NCBI GenBank assembly: GCA_051531975.1
Contig: JAOPTT010000009.1
Location: forward strand, 384,001-448,000
Reading direction: 5' to 3'
DNA: 64,000 bases
From: Spirochaetaceae bacterium
GTDB lineage: Bacteria > Spirochaetota > Spirochaetia > DSM-2461
The translations under genes and the position numbers were made by a program. The notes below the pieces were generated by a model. It worked only from the letters and a program-made list of their open reading frames with translations, had not been told where the DNA came from and made no database searches. Numbering within the stretch: position 1 is the stretch's first letter; each line of letters opens with the position of its first letter. This document shows positions 48,474-59,071 of the stretch, one piece after another.

Positions 48474-50549
48474 TTGAAGTCTTTAACCAAAAAAATAATT
48501 TCATTTTTTGCTATCATTGCAATTTTACCAATACTGTTTATTTCAATATTTTCATATGTGATTAATCTAAATCAATTGGACCATCTAATTAAAGAGAATC
48601 TTACATTTGTTGCTGAATCAAAGCAGGTACTGTTAACAAATAAATTAGAGAGTTATTTACGTCTTGCAGAGTTTATTATTAATACAAATGCCCTAAAAGC
48701 TGGAGATGTTAGAGAATCATGGGATACGCTTTATAGATTTCAAAATCAAAATTGGGGACTATTTCATCACATCTTCATTACAGATACTAATGGAGTTGTT
48801 ATAGTCACTCCCGACCATAAAGATAATATTTCGTATGATAGTGATGCTCATAGTGGGCACTTGGGACATAATATATCAAGCAATCCATATTTTAAAAAAT
48901 CCTTACTTGAACCAGTAATAACTGACTTTTTTGGTTTTGAAGAGTCTACTCATTACCATCAACTTTTATTATATCCAGTAAAAAATAATAGGGGGGAGGT
49001 GGTCTCTGTTTTAGTTTTTGAGATTGATATTAATAACCTAATTTCTAATGAAAATAGTGAAGAAACAAATTATTATAAAACTTCATTAGCGTCACTAACA
49101 GGAGAGTTGATTGTAAATAATAAAGAAGATAGAGGAAATATAAAATATGATATAAATAATATTACCGAGTCGATTAACAAACATCATTTTTATACCAGTT
49201 ATACTGATAATACAAACATAGATCAGTTAGCCCTATTACACCATGAAGAAGAATTTCCATGGGTTCTTATTACGGAGATTCCAAAGGATATTGCACATAA
49301 ATCTCTAAACACTAATAGGTTTATGTTACTTACCCAGATTATTCTATTTTTGTTTATAGCTATAGCCATAGTTTTTATGATTAGAAAACTAATTAAAATC
49401 CCATTGGAAAAAGTAACTAATGCGATAAATACATTGTCCGGAGGAGATCTTAAGGAAATTGAACTAAATATAACTAGTAATGACGAATTAGGAATATTAG
49501 CCAATTCATATAATATTTTAAGAAAAAACTTATATAAATTAATTAATAATCTAGATAGTGTCATAATTTCTTCTGTAAGTATTGGGGATACATTAAAGGT
49601 TGCAGGAGACAGTGTTGGAGAAAAAATTAAGAATGCATCAAGTTCTTCTGATGAAATTCATGATAAAATGAGTTCACTAAATGTACAAATAAAAGAGTCT
49701 TCAAATATAATTCAGAAGATATATAAGTCGTCAGTTAATGTATCACAAATTGTTGACGAACAAAGTTGTAGTCTAAAAACCTCTTCAAATGTGGTTGATG
49801 AAATAACAAATTCAATAAAATCCATAGATAAAGTATCAATAGAGAGGCAAAAAGATTCGGTTGAACTAAATTTGAAAGCTGAAAATAGTACCCAGACACT
49901 TAATAGTAGTGTCAAAAATATAAATGCAGTTGCTGATAGTTCTAATGAAATGTTGGATTTTATTTCTGTTATTAATAAAATTTCTAGACAGACTAATTTA
50001 TTATCTATGAATGCTGCAATAGAAGCAGCACATGCTGGGGAGTCTGGTTTAGGGTTCAGTGTTGTTGCTGAAGAGATTAGAAAATTATCAGAGCAAACAT
50101 CAAATAATTCAAAACAAATTAGCATTAAACTTAAGCAGGAGATTAAGGATATTCAAGTATCTGCGGATTTAACAAAAAAGGTTGGATTTATATATTCAGA
50201 TATAGTCAAAGGTATATCTCAAATTACAAAATCATTTGAGGAAGTAAGAAGTGGAGCAAATAGTTTAAATATTAATAGTGACTCTATTGTTGATAATATA
50301 TTAAATATTGTTACACTAAATAGTCAAATAAAAGAAATATCTTCGGATGTGAATATTAATACTGGGATATTAAATACTAATCTAGAAGAGCTAGCAACTA
50401 TTTCCACAGATTCAGAAATTAGTATGGAAAAGTTCAAAGTCACCATGTATGATACCCTTGAGGGTTTGAATACTATAAATTCAGTTATAGATCAAAATAG
50501 TAAAAACATTAAATCTCTTAAAAGTGAAATTAACAGGTTTAAACTTTAA
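48474..50549 (+). CDS. Methyl-accepting chemotaxis protein with Cache-like, His-rich sensor domain
   Basis: Two TM segments, [24 protein letters not shown] start after GAGGTG. Confidence 0.93.
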   Translation: MKSLTKKIISFFAIIAILPILFISIFSYVINLNQLDHLIKENLTFVAESKQVLLTNKLESYLRLAEFIINTNALKAGDVRESWDTLYRFQNQNWGLFHHIFITDTNGVVIVTPDHKDNISYDSDAHSGHLGHNISSNPYFKKSLLEPVITDFFGFEESTHYHQLLLYPVKNNRGEVVSVLVFEIDINNLISNENSEETNYYKTSLASLTGELIVNNKEDRGNIKYDINNITESINKHHFYTSYTDNTNIDQLALLHHEEEFPWVLITEIPKDIAHKSLNTNRFMLLTQIILFLFIAIAIVFMIRKLIKIPLEKVTNAINTLSGGDLKEIELNITSNDELGILANSYNILRKNLYKLINNLDSVIISSVSIGDTLKVAGDSVGEKIKNASSSSDEIHDKMSSLNVQIKESSNIIQKIYKSSVNVSQIVDEQSCSLKTSSNVVDEITNSIKSIDKVSIERQKDSVELNLKAENSTQTLNSSVKNINAVADSSNEMLDFISVINKISRQTNLLSMNAAIEAAHAGESGLGFSVVAEEIRKLSEQTSNNSKQISIKLKQEIKDIQVSADLTKKVGFIYSDIVKGISQITKSFEEVRSGANSLNINSDSIVDNILNIVTLNSQIKEISSDVNINTGILNTNLEELATISTDSEISMEKFKVTMYDTLEGLNTINSVIDQNSKNIKSLKSEINRFKL

Positions 50550-50631
50550 TATAATTAACACTATCTATTTTTTATGAAGCCTAGTGGAGATGGTAAAACA
50601 ATCATTCGTTCTCGCAATTGCATATCAAGAT

Positions 50632-50668
50632 TAATATCTATACGGCTGAAAAAGCCATATAGATATTA
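50632..50668 (-). terminator. Hairpin downstream of convergent genes
   Basis: TAATATCTATA-C-GGCT-GAAAA-AGCC-A-TATAGATATTA; the mismatch becomes a U-G pair on the minus strand. Confidence 0.65.
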
Positions 50669-50686
50669 CTAATGTATACTATAGCT

Positions 50687-51361
50687 TTAAAAGCTGAATG
50701 ATCCGCCAAGACCAATTGATAATCCTCTCATCATTAATTCAGCATCACTCTCATATTCAAGGCCAGAGTCGACCTGTGATATACTAGAATACTCACCTAC
50801 TAAATTAAGCTGATGCCATATATTTCTATATGTTACTGATACATCTACACTGATATCCCCGATCTTTACGCCTATGCTTCCACCAGCAAGATAACCATAT
50901 CCAACTGAATTTTCATATTCTAGAGAGTCATCTTCAAATACTGCCTGTGAATCAGTTGTAGATAGATCTTTCTCTATATTTCCCTCTATAGGTCTTAGAG
51001 TTAAGTTGTAATTTACAGCTCCTCCAGCAAATGCTTCGATATACAGAGGACCAATTGGAATATGAGCCTTTAACATAACGTATGGCATAATAGAGTCTGA
51101 GTAGAACCAAGGGTGTTCAGCTTCAGCTTCATCATCGACCATTAATCCATAGTTGGTATTATATGTAACTCCGATTGGAAGTGAAAAAACACTACCAAGA
51201 CCTAATTCAAATTCTAAACTCTGCTCCATTGAAACACTACCGTCACCTAAAAGGTATAGAGATTCTGGTACAAAAACAGAGAATCCTGTTCCTGCAGACT
51301 GGGACCAGGCTAAAACTGAAATAAATATAAGTAAAAAACTTGTTATCATTATTTTCTTCAT
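50687..51361 (-). CDS. Putative small outer-membrane beta-barrel protein
   Basis: Signal peptide, amphipathic strands, C-terminal LSIGLGGSFSF. Confidence 0.65.
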   Translation of the reverse strand: MKKIMITSFLLIFISVLAWSQSAGTGFSVFVPESLYLLGDGSVSMEQSLEFELGLGSVFSLPIGVTYNTNYGLMVDDEAEAEHPWFYSDSIMPYVMLKAHIPIGPLYIEAFAGGAVNYNLTLRPIEGNIEKDLSTTDSQAVFEDDSLEYENSVGYGYLAGGSIGVKIGDISVDVSVTYRNIWHQLNLVGEYSSISQVDSGLEYESDAELMMRGLSIGLGGSFSF

Positions 51362-51515
51362 GTGAACTCCTAAATAGTTCTATATTTTACGTTATATTAC
51401 TAAATTATCCAAGACCTTCCCCATTGAACTTCTAGATATAAGCTTAAAATATAGCCTAAATAGATATAGGTATATGGGCATTTTTGATAAGCTATATTAG
51501 TTTAATAGAGATCTG

Positions 51516-52124
51516 CTATGTTACCATAAACAAATATGAATATATTAAATCCCCAAGTTCTTCCAAATAAACTCTTTGCTCTTCAATAGGTTTGTTTAGA
51601 ATAAAATATATTGTTTCCTCTATAGTATTATTTAATAGGGTTAGTTTAATATTTGTATTTTTGCCTTTAATTGAAATATTTAAATAATTAAATAACATAG
51701 TAATTGATTCTAATAATTCCAAATATAATTTTTCTTTGAGCTCTTTTACTTTAGGCTCCTGTATTAATAGAATTCCAGCTTCTCGATAAAACAATTGACT
51801 ATGCTGATGTATGTTTAGTTGATAATTTAATATAAAGCTGATTAGTTCTTTGTTATTAAGTCCTTTCAATTTCTCCATTTCATTATTATCAAAAACTATT
51901 CTTGATAAAATTCTAAACTCTTTTTCAAAAACATATAAATACAAGTTCAATTTATCATCAAAATAATTATAGAAAGTTCCTAGACCTATCCCAGCTTCTT
52001 TACAAATAGTTCTTAGATCACAATCTTTATAGCCTAAAGTTTGAAAAAGTTTTAAACCTGCTATGTATAAACGCTCTTGTGTATGAAGGAATTTTTGTTT
52101 TCTAATTGATATTTTATTAGCCAT
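51516..52124 (-). CDS. TetR/AcrR-family regulator
   Basis: LFQTLGY...LRTICKEAGIGLGTFYNYFDDK HTH. Start is ATG 52124 or 52130. Confidence 0.92.
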   Translation of the reverse strand: MANKISIRKQKFLHTQERLYIAGLKLFQTLGYKDCDLRTICKEAGIGLGTFYNYFDDKLNLYLYVFEKEFRILSRIVFDNNEMEKLKGLNNKELISFILNYQLNIHQHSQLFYREAGILLIQEPKVKELKEKLYLELLESITMLFNYLNISIKGKNTNIKLTLLNNTIEETIYFILNKPIEEQRVYLEELGDLIYSYLFMVT

Positions 52125-52130
52125 ATACAT

Positions 52131-52237
52131 ATCTTATATAGAATGACTTTAAGGGTCAATAATTATGAACGGTTGTTCTGTTTTCTATTGACTAATAATA
52201 AGAATTTAAATAATGTAAATGGGTGAACGCTTGTTCA
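52131..52237. promoter_or_regulatory. Divergent promoters with two TGAAC-N4-GTTC(A/T) operators
   Basis: Minus strand: TTGACC-17-TAAGAT (52159-52131). Plus strand: TTGACT-17-TAATGT (52188-52216). Palindromes at 52166-52179 and 52224-52237. Confidence 0.7.
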
Positions 52238-52257
52238 TTATTTATATTGGAGAGCTT

Positions 52258-52998
52258 ATGACAGAACTATTTGATTATCTTATACGAATATCACCAGGGT
52301 TTTTAATGGCGATTATTCTTTTGTTTTTACTAAAAAGAAAATCACCATTATTACATCTTATGATATTTATTTTCCTATTTATTTTTACCCGGGATGCAAT
52401 GACACCGCTTAATCTATGGAGTTTTGGTACGGAGGGATTTTTTTGGCTAAGGTTTACAAATAACTGGATAGTTATACTAACTTCAGGATTTAGTAGTTTA
52501 GTTATAATTTACTTAATGAACATTGTTTCACCAGAATTAAAAAGTGTTATTGTTTGGCAAAAAAATAATAAAATGGTAGGTGTTCTAATAGGAATTACAT
52601 CAGCCATAATTGTTACATTACCACTTATAATTATTCAAATTAATATACCTATAGAATTACGAGGAGGGGTAGTCAGTAGATCCCAAATTCCATTATTACT
52701 ATTTTTAGCGTTAACTGGAAATTTTTACGAAGAAGTTCTATTTAGAGGGTTTTTACAAGGTTGGTTAGAAGCAAAGTTGATGATATCAAAATATAAATCT
52801 GCTATATTATCTGGTTTTTTCTTTGGATTTGGGCATCTCTTTTTAGCATTTACTGTCACAGATATTGGGTGGCAAATAATTATTTTTGCAACGTGGGAAG
52901 GTTGTATTGCAGGATTGGTAAGATCTAAATACGGTGTAATTCCAGCAACACTAACTCATGGTTTAGCTATATTTATATTATCATCAGGTTTAATATAG
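52258..52998 (+). CDS. CPBP (CAAX/Abi) family intramembrane metalloprotease
   Basis: EEVLFRG, FGFGH and THG motifs. Start moved to ATG 52258, which follows GGAG. Confidence 0.88.
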   Translation: MTELFDYLIRISPGFLMAIILLFLLKRKSPLLHLMIFIFLFIFTRDAMTPLNLWSFGTEGFFWLRFTNNWIVILTSGFSSLVIIYLMNIVSPELKSVIVWQKNNKMVGVLIGITSAIIVTLPLIIIQINIPIELRGGVVSRSQIPLLLFLALTGNFYEEVLFRGFLQGWLEAKLMISKYKSAILSGFFFGFGHLFLAFTVTDIGWQIIIFATWEGCIAGLVRSKYGVIPATLTHGLAIFILSSGLI

Positions 52999-53049
52999 AT
53001 ATAATACACATACCCTGATTAAACTTTCTGTTTCCTGAATTTAAAGTCA

Positions 53050-55617
53050 TTAGTCACTATTATGATGTGGAAATGTTATATCGAACTCTGTAAACTCCCC
53101 TATAGTACTTTTACACTCTATAGACCCTTCAAGATTCATATTTATCAGGTTAAAGACTATATGCATTCCAAGCCCACATCCTCCATTCATCCTATTTGTT
53201 GTAAAAAATGGTTCATATATTTTGTTCATATTCTCTTTAGATATACCTCGACCTGAGTCCTTATACTTGATGATGATATTTTTATTATCCTTTGTTATAT
53301 TAATCTCAATTATTCCTGACTGAACAGAATCAAAACCATGTATAAGGCTGTTTTTAATCAGATTGGTGATAACCTGATATAATGCTCCAGGGTAACTGTT
53401 TACTAAATAATCTTCTTTTGAGTTAACGACTATTTTATGATCCGTATGTTTGTAAATTGAGTAAATGCTTAATAAAATTTCATGCATATATGATTTAATA
53501 TGAAACCGTCTTTTTTCCTCACTTGTTTGATCAACAGCCACCTGCTTAAAACTTTTAATAAGATCGGAAGCCCTTACCATACTGGAAAGTATTAATTTGG
53601 AACTTTCTGAACATAATGTTAAAAATTGTTTCAATTCAGTCTTTGAAATATGCTCTTGGTTTAATAAAGATACAAAACGCTCAGTTTCAAGTTCTAGGTG
53701 TGAAGCACTAGTTACACCAATACCAACAGGAGTATTAATTTCATGTGCTACACCGGCCACCAATCCTCCAAGGGATGCCATCTTCTCTGATTCAATAAGT
53801 TGTGTTTGGGTATCTTTTAATCTGTTAAGTGAGAGTTCCAGTTTCTTTGTTCTCTCCTCCACCAACTCTTCTAGGTGATATTTATGTTCCTTTAGTTCAC
53901 TATTTAACATAAATAATTCACTGTTTTTTCTAATAATTTCATTTTCCTGTTTTTTTAATTCAGAGATGTCGTAGGCAAAACCTAAATAGCCGTTTATGAC
54001 ATTATTATTGTCCCTTAGTGCAGTGATAATTAAGTTGCTTAGAATATGCTCCCCATTTTTTTTAACATAGGTCCACTCGCGTTCTTCGTAACCATACTCC
54101 CTAGTTTTAAGAGTAAAAACATCAAATCCCTCAACCTTTTTGTTATATTCTAGACTTAGTTCATCCCCCCTTTTTATTATTTCTTCTTTCAAATGAAGCT
54201 CTGAAGGTCTTATTTTGCCAACAATGTCAGAAGACTTATAACCTAGAATTTTCTCCGCTCCAGAATTAAATACTGTTATGATTCCATCAAGATCTGTAGC
54301 AATTATTATAGTTTTAAATGAATAATCAAATATGCTTTTTAATTTATTATGAGAAACAATTATTGATGAAATCATAGTGTTTATAGTATTTCTTAAATTA
54401 TTAAACTCGGTGGTTCTCATTTTCGGTACAGGATTTAATGGAATCCCACTCTCATTTGTTAAACTTATTGATTTAATAAGTCTAAATAACGGTTTAGTAA
54501 TTCCTTTGGATAATATTATTGATAAATAGATAATTATTAAAATAGAGATAATAACCACTATGGAAATAAAAATAATTAAACTGTAGATAGGTTTTGACAG
54601 ATCATCCTGGTAAACTGTTGAAGCAATATACCATCCTAGGGGCTCATAATATGATACATAGGAAGTCTTTCTAAATTTATACTGCCCTTCACTACCTGGT
54701 TTATCCCATAAATATGTTAAATATTTTGTTTCTGACTTAGAAGCATCTTTTAATTCTTCAACTAAAGATAAACCTGTTTCAGGATCTTTAAGATTATTGA
54801 GATTTGTACCTCTTAGATTAGGATGTAACAATGCATCACCATTTTCATTAAATATAAAAAAATATCCATGTTCACCTACTTTAAGATTGGATATGGTATC
54901 ATTTAGTTCTTCAATTACAGTATCAAGCCTATGGTCAGCTTCTTTTTTTATGTCGTCTATATATAATCCGGTTCCTATTATCCAGTTCCAGGGCTTAAAT
55001 ATCTTTACATAGGATACTTTTGGCTGTATCTCTGTCAAACCGGTGGGTGTAGGTTTTGGCCATAAATAATCTACATAACCTTCATCCTGTTTTTCAGTGA
55101 TATCTACAAACGCTTTAAAAAGATTTTCATCTACACCTAATGCACAGTTAAATATAGGATCATCTAGAATTGTACCATCTAGTTCTGGGAGTGTAGGGTG
55201 CATTATCATTTTTGGAAATGGCTTACCTGTATCATTTATCCAAAAATAACCTACATTATCTAGATATCTAGTGTTTTTAATCCTATCTATTGATCTGTTT
55301 TTAGCTTCGTCTAGTGTAAGTAATCCCATTTTGTATTCATCATAATAACTTTGAACAACTGTAGAAATCAGGTTCACATTAGTATTTAGTTCAATTTGTC
55401 GCTGTTTAAGAGTATTCTCTTCATGAAACAGGATACTTTGATGTTGTGTAATAAGGTGATAATTTAAAGCCTCGAGCAGATCTATCGCATTTTTTTCATA
55501 GGATTTAGATAACTCTATTGATGCCTTAAACCCAAATATAACAGCTATAATAAGGGTAAATGATATAAATAGTATAGAGAAAAATATCATTATTTTAGAT
55601 CTGATTGAATTCAGCAC
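53050..55617 (-). CDS. Sensor histidine kinase (two Cache domains, HAMP, PAS, HisKA, HATPase)
   Basis: GYFWIND..MHP..YLWPKP and GYFFIF..LHP..YLWDKP; PAS; AHEINTP; DSGRG; EPFFTT; GLGM. Confidence 0.92.
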   Translation of the reverse strand: MLNSIRSKIMIFFSILFISFTLIIAVIFGFKASIELSKSYEKNAIDLLEALNYHLITQHQSILFHEENTLKQRQIELNTNVNLISTVVQSYYDEYKMGLLTLDEAKNRSIDRIKNTRYLDNVGYFWINDTGKPFPKMIMHPTLPELDGTILDDPIFNCALGVDENLFKAFVDITEKQDEGYVDYLWPKPTPTGLTEIQPKVSYVKIFKPWNWIIGTGLYIDDIKKEADHRLDTVIEELNDTISNLKVGEHGYFFIFNENGDALLHPNLRGTNLNNLKDPETGLSLVEELKDASKSETKYLTYLWDKPGSEGQYKFRKTSYVSYYEPLGWYIASTVYQDDLSKPIYSLIIFISIVVIISILIIIYLSIILSKGITKPLFRLIKSISLTNESGIPLNPVPKMRTTEFNNLRNTINTMISSIIVSHNKLKSIFDYSFKTIIIATDLDGIITVFNSGAEKILGYKSSDIVGKIRPSELHLKEEIIKRGDELSLEYNKKVEGFDVFTLKTREYGYEEREWTYVKKNGEHILSNLIITALRDNNNVINGYLGFAYDISELKKQENEIIRKNSELFMLNSELKEHKYHLEELVEERTKKLELSLNRLKDTQTQLIESEKMASLGGLVAGVAHEINTPVGIGVTSASHLELETERFVSLLNQEHISKTELKQFLTLCSESSKLILSSMVRASDLIKSFKQVAVDQTSEEKRRFHIKSYMHEILLSIYSIYKHTDHKIVVNSKEDYLVNSYPGALYQVITNLIKNSLIHGFDSVQSGIIEINITKDNKNIIIKYKDSGRGISKENMNKIYEPFFTTNRMNGGCGLGMHIVFNLINMNLEGSIECKSTIGEFTEFDITFPHHNSD

Positions 55618-55766
55618 TAATAATCCTCCAATTAAATTCTAATACACATCACCATAAAATAACAGATAAATGTACAAAACAAAATCTAAACTTGAGGTAA
55701 GTAAGTCCTTTTGTGAAGATTATATTATGAACCAACATAAAGAATTTATATGGTTTTATAAATAAT

Positions 55767-55788
55767 GTCTAAATAGTCCTATTCAGAC
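55767..55788. promoter_or_regulatory. 22-bp palindrome upstream of the ABC exporter
   Basis: GTCTAAATAG-TC-CTATTCAGAC; arms match at 9/10 positions. Confidence 0.5.
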
Positions 55789-55845
55789 GATTTATCTAGC
55801 TTAATACTCTAAATTTCTAAATATGTAGAGCATTAAGGAGAAATA

Positions 55846-56544
55846 ATGGCTGTTCAAGATGTAGTTATATCAATAGATAAGTTAAATAAAATTTATGAGT
55901 CCCCAGCGGGTCTACTAAAAGCAAACAATGAAATTTCATTAAGTATTAATAAGGGTGATTTTATAGCAGTAGTTGGAAAATCAGGTAGTGGAAAAACTAC
56001 ACTGATAAATTGTATAACTGGTATAGACGATGTTAGTTCTGGAAAGATAAGTATAAATGGTATTGATATTGGATCTCTTAAACAAAAAGAGTTATCAAAA
56101 TGGAGAGGCTTAAACGTTGGAGTTATATTCCAGTTTTTTCAACTGTTGCCAACTTTAACAATTCTTGAAAATGTTATGTTACCAATGGAACTTTGTGATA
56201 ATAAATTACCTAAGGAGAGAAAAGAGACTGCACTAGTTCTATTAGATAAAGTAGGTATAAAAGATCAGGCAAACAAATTCCCTGCATATCTATCTGGTGG
56301 ACAAAAACAGAGAGCTGCAATTGCAAGAGCATTAGTTAATGACCCAACAATAATCTGCGCAGACGAACCGACAGGTAATCTTGATAGTGAAACATCAGAT
56401 AATATACTAGATATATTCACATCATTAGCAAAAGAGGGTAAAACAATTTTAATGGTTACCCACGAAAGGGACATTAGTAAACATGTTAATAGAGAAATAG
56501 CTCTAGTCGATGGAAAAGTTATCTCCGATAGGAGATTAAGCTAA
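55846..56544 (+). CDS. ABC transporter ATPase (MacB/LolD type)
   Basis: GKSGSGKT, LSGGQKQR, ADEPTGNLD, VTH. Confidence 0.95.
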   Translation: MAVQDVVISIDKLNKIYESPAGLLKANNEISLSINKGDFIAVVGKSGSGKTTLINCITGIDDVSSGKISINGIDIGSLKQKELSKWRGLNVGVIFQFFQLLPTLTILENVMLPMELCDNKLPKERKETALVLLDKVGIKDQANKFPAYLSGGQKQRAAIARALVNDPTIICADEPTGNLDSETSDNILDIFTSLAKEGKTILMVTHERDISKHVNREIALVDGKVISDRRLS

Positions 56545-58916
56545 TGTTGTCTATTAAAACTAAAAAGGTAGTTGGTGATCTAAAAACATATAAAAGTCGT
56601 TATATATTAATGACACTTGCATTATCAATTAGCCTTTTTGCTGTAACAACACTACTTTCAAGTTATTCTATATTAACAAGAGAAATAGCTAAGAATTATT
56701 TAAGTACAAACCCTGCTCATATAACATTTGAAATAGATGTAATGACTTTAGAACAATTAAAAAAACTTGAAAATATTAACTATGTAGATACCGTAGAGTT
56801 ACGAGATGCTTTTTTGTTTCAAGTTCAAAATAGTAAAGATGATTGGGTAGGATTAAGAACCTTTGTAATTCAAGATTTTGAGAATATGAAACTAGCAAAA
56901 ATATTTAAAGAGTCAGGATCATGGCCTCCTAAAACTGGAGAAGTGCTTATAGAAAGGACAGTACCTGAGTTACTTGGTAAAAATATAGGTTCTAACATTA
57001 GAGTAAAAAACTTAAATGGTGATGTTAAAGAACTTATTGTTTCAGGAACTATTCATGATCCTAGTCTATCTCCTTCATCCCAGGAGCAAACTGGGTACGC
57101 ATATATAACAATAAATACCCTAAAGTATATTACTGGGGATTCAACACTCCACGACTTAAAAATAACTTTAAAAGGCGAAGACTTTACTCATCAGGAAATA
57201 AAAGATAAAAGTTTAGATATCGTAAGTTATTTGTCTGAAGAAAATATCTCTGTTTCTGAAGTATTAGTTCCCCCTCCCTATAGGCATCCACATCAGGGAC
57301 AGATCGAGTCGATACTTAGTCTATTTATATTCTTTGGTTTTTTAGCAATACTTTTAAGTGCTATTTTAACCTCGGAAATGGTCTCTACGCTTATGGAAAA
57401 AGAGATACGGCAGATTGGTATATTGAAAACTATTGGGGCAAAAACATCCCAGGTCTTTACGATTTATTTAAGCTGTATTTTTATAGTGTGCTTAATATCC
57501 ATATTTCTTGGAATTATTCCAGGTGTTGTTATTGGAAAAGGTTTTTCAGCTTTAATAAGTGGATTATTAAACTTTAAGCTGTATTCGTTAAATATTCCGG
57601 TTTGGGTATATGTTACTTTAATAGTTTCAGGTCTTTTAATACCCCTAACTATCTGTTTAATACCCCTAATATCAGCAAGTAGAATGTCAATTAAAAAAGC
57701 AATAACTAGTAACGGTATTAGCACAGTAAATGTAAAAAATAGGGAAAATAAGAAAAGTATACTACCATCTTTTATCCAGATGTCTTTACGGAATACTTTT
57801 AGAAAAAAAGGAAGGCTGTTTTTATCATTGTTATTATTGTCTGTTGCAGGTGCTGTATTTATGACATCAAAAAATGTGACTAAGGCCTGGGATTATAAAA
57901 TTGAAAATTCATTAAGTGGTAGGACATGGGACTTAGATCTGAAACTTATAGGTTTAGAAGATAAAAACAGGGTTATAAATCTATTAGAAAATATACCTCA
58001 ACTTTCAAGTATTGAACCCGTTTTAGTTTCAACTATTTCTGTTTATACAAAAAATGCTATTAAAATTAGTGAAACATATCCTGATGGAGGACATGGTGTG
58101 TTTTATCTTAAATCATTAGTTCAGGGTTCAGAACTTTTTAATTTCAAAATCTTAGAGGGAAGTTGGCTAACTGGAACAGACTACAATACTATCGTATTAA
58201 ATCAGAAAGCTCGTGAATTATTCCCTAACTCAAAAATAGGAGAAAGCATATCTATTTATAATAACAATCAAATTTTAAAATATAGACTTGTAGGGGTAAT
58301 AGAAGAGATTGGACCAGCTACTTCATATGTTACATCTGCAAATATAATTAGGGCAAACTCATTTTTAATTAACTACAATAATTCTCTAGATATTTCAGAG
58401 GAAGTTCTTATTTTGGAAATTGAAAAGAGATTAAGAGAAAATGATATAAAGATTCTTCTTCAAATACCAGAATCAACATTTAGAGATGCAATAAATGGAC
58501 ATATTTTTATTATAATTTATTCTCTTTTTGCCATGGGCATAATTTTGGCTATAGTTGGAATACTTGGTCTCTCTTCATCCATAACATCAAATGTTTTGGA
58601 AAGAAAAAGTGAGTTTGGAATACTTAAAACCATTGGTGCTTCTAATAGCAAAATACTAATTATAGTTTTAATAGAAGCCACTTTAATTACATTTTTAAGT
58701 ATTATTTGTGGAATTATTATCTCATTACCACTTTCGTATAACGTTGGACAAAGTTTAGGTCAAATGGCTTTTAATACACCACTAGATCTTTATCTATCAG
58801 TAAAAGGAACCATAAATTGGTCAATACTAATTATAGTTAGTAGTTTCATTGCATCTCTATTTCCAGCATTAACTGCTGTAGAAATGACTGTAAAAGAAAC
58901 ACTGGCTTGTGAATAA
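56544..58916 (+). CDS. ABC transporter permease (duplicated FtsX/MacB type)
   Basis: Two repeats of a large periplasmic loop plus TM block, each with (I/F)GILKTIGA. Confidence 0.9.
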   Translation: MLSIKTKKVVGDLKTYKSRYILMTLALSISLFAVTTLLSSYSILTREIAKNYLSTNPAHITFEIDVMTLEQLKKLENINYVDTVELRDAFLFQVQNSKDDWVGLRTFVIQDFENMKLAKIFKESGSWPPKTGEVLIERTVPELLGKNIGSNIRVKNLNGDVKELIVSGTIHDPSLSPSSQEQTGYAYITINTLKYITGDSTLHDLKITLKGEDFTHQEIKDKSLDIVSYLSEENISVSEVLVPPPYRHPHQGQIESILSLFIFFGFLAILLSAILTSEMVSTLMEKEIRQIGILKTIGAKTSQVFTIYLSCIFIVCLISIFLGIIPGVVIGKGFSALISGLLNFKLYSLNIPVWVYVTLIVSGLLIPLTICLIPLISASRMSIKKAITSNGISTVNVKNRENKKSILPSFIQMSLRNTFRKKGRLFLSLLLLSVAGAVFMTSKNVTKAWDYKIENSLSGRTWDLDLKLIGLEDKNRVINLLENIPQLSSIEPVLVSTISVYTKNAIKISETYPDGGHGVFYLKSLVQGSELFNFKILEGSWLTGTDYNTIVLNQKARELFPNSKIGESISIYNNNQILKYRLVGVIEEIGPATSYVTSANIIRANSFLINYNNSLDISEEVLILEIEKRLRENDIKILLQIPESTFRDAINGHIFIIIYSLFAMGIILAIVGILGLSSSITSNVLERKSEFGILKTIGASNSKILIIVLIEATLITFLSIICGIIISLPLSYNVGQSLGQMAFNTPLDLYLSVKGTINWSILIIVSSFIASLFPALTAVEMTVKETLACE

Positions 58917-58929
58917 AAAGGAGAATAAT

Positions 58930-59052
58930 ATGTCAAAGAAAATTTTAACAAGAGTTTTAGTTATTACTGTAGTTTTAGTAATAGGAATGTTTTTAACACA
59001 TAATATAGTACAGGGTAATTTTACTACATGGATAAGTAATCTACACTCATAA
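58930..59052 (+). CDS. 40-aa single-TM microprotein (not in ORF track)
   Basis: MSKKILTRVLVITVVLVIGMFLTHNIVQGNFTTWISNLHS. AAGGAG RBS; starts 13 nt after the permease stop. Confidence 0.7.
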   Translation: MSKKILTRVLVITVVLVIGMFLTHNIVQGNFTTWISNLHS

Positions 59053-59071
59053 TATAATTTCAGGGATCTTT

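Noticed and set aside
50571..50670. Possible riboswitch or sRNA between convergent genes
   Set aside because: No recognisable aptamer motif; the hairpin is explained as a terminator.
52166..52237. GAAC-N4-GTTC sites as Firmicute-type LexA (SOS) boxes
   Set aside because: The flanking genes are a TetR and a CPBP protease, not DNA-repair genes. A local TetR operator is the simpler explanation.
4262..52257. N-terminal extensions in the ORF track for htpG, the YesN-like gene, the cytochrome, gap and CPBP
   Set aside because: Downstream starts fit better: an RBS and family-typical N-terminus, or for the cytochrome an ATG and a compact lipoprotein signal. Some extensions overlap promoter elements.
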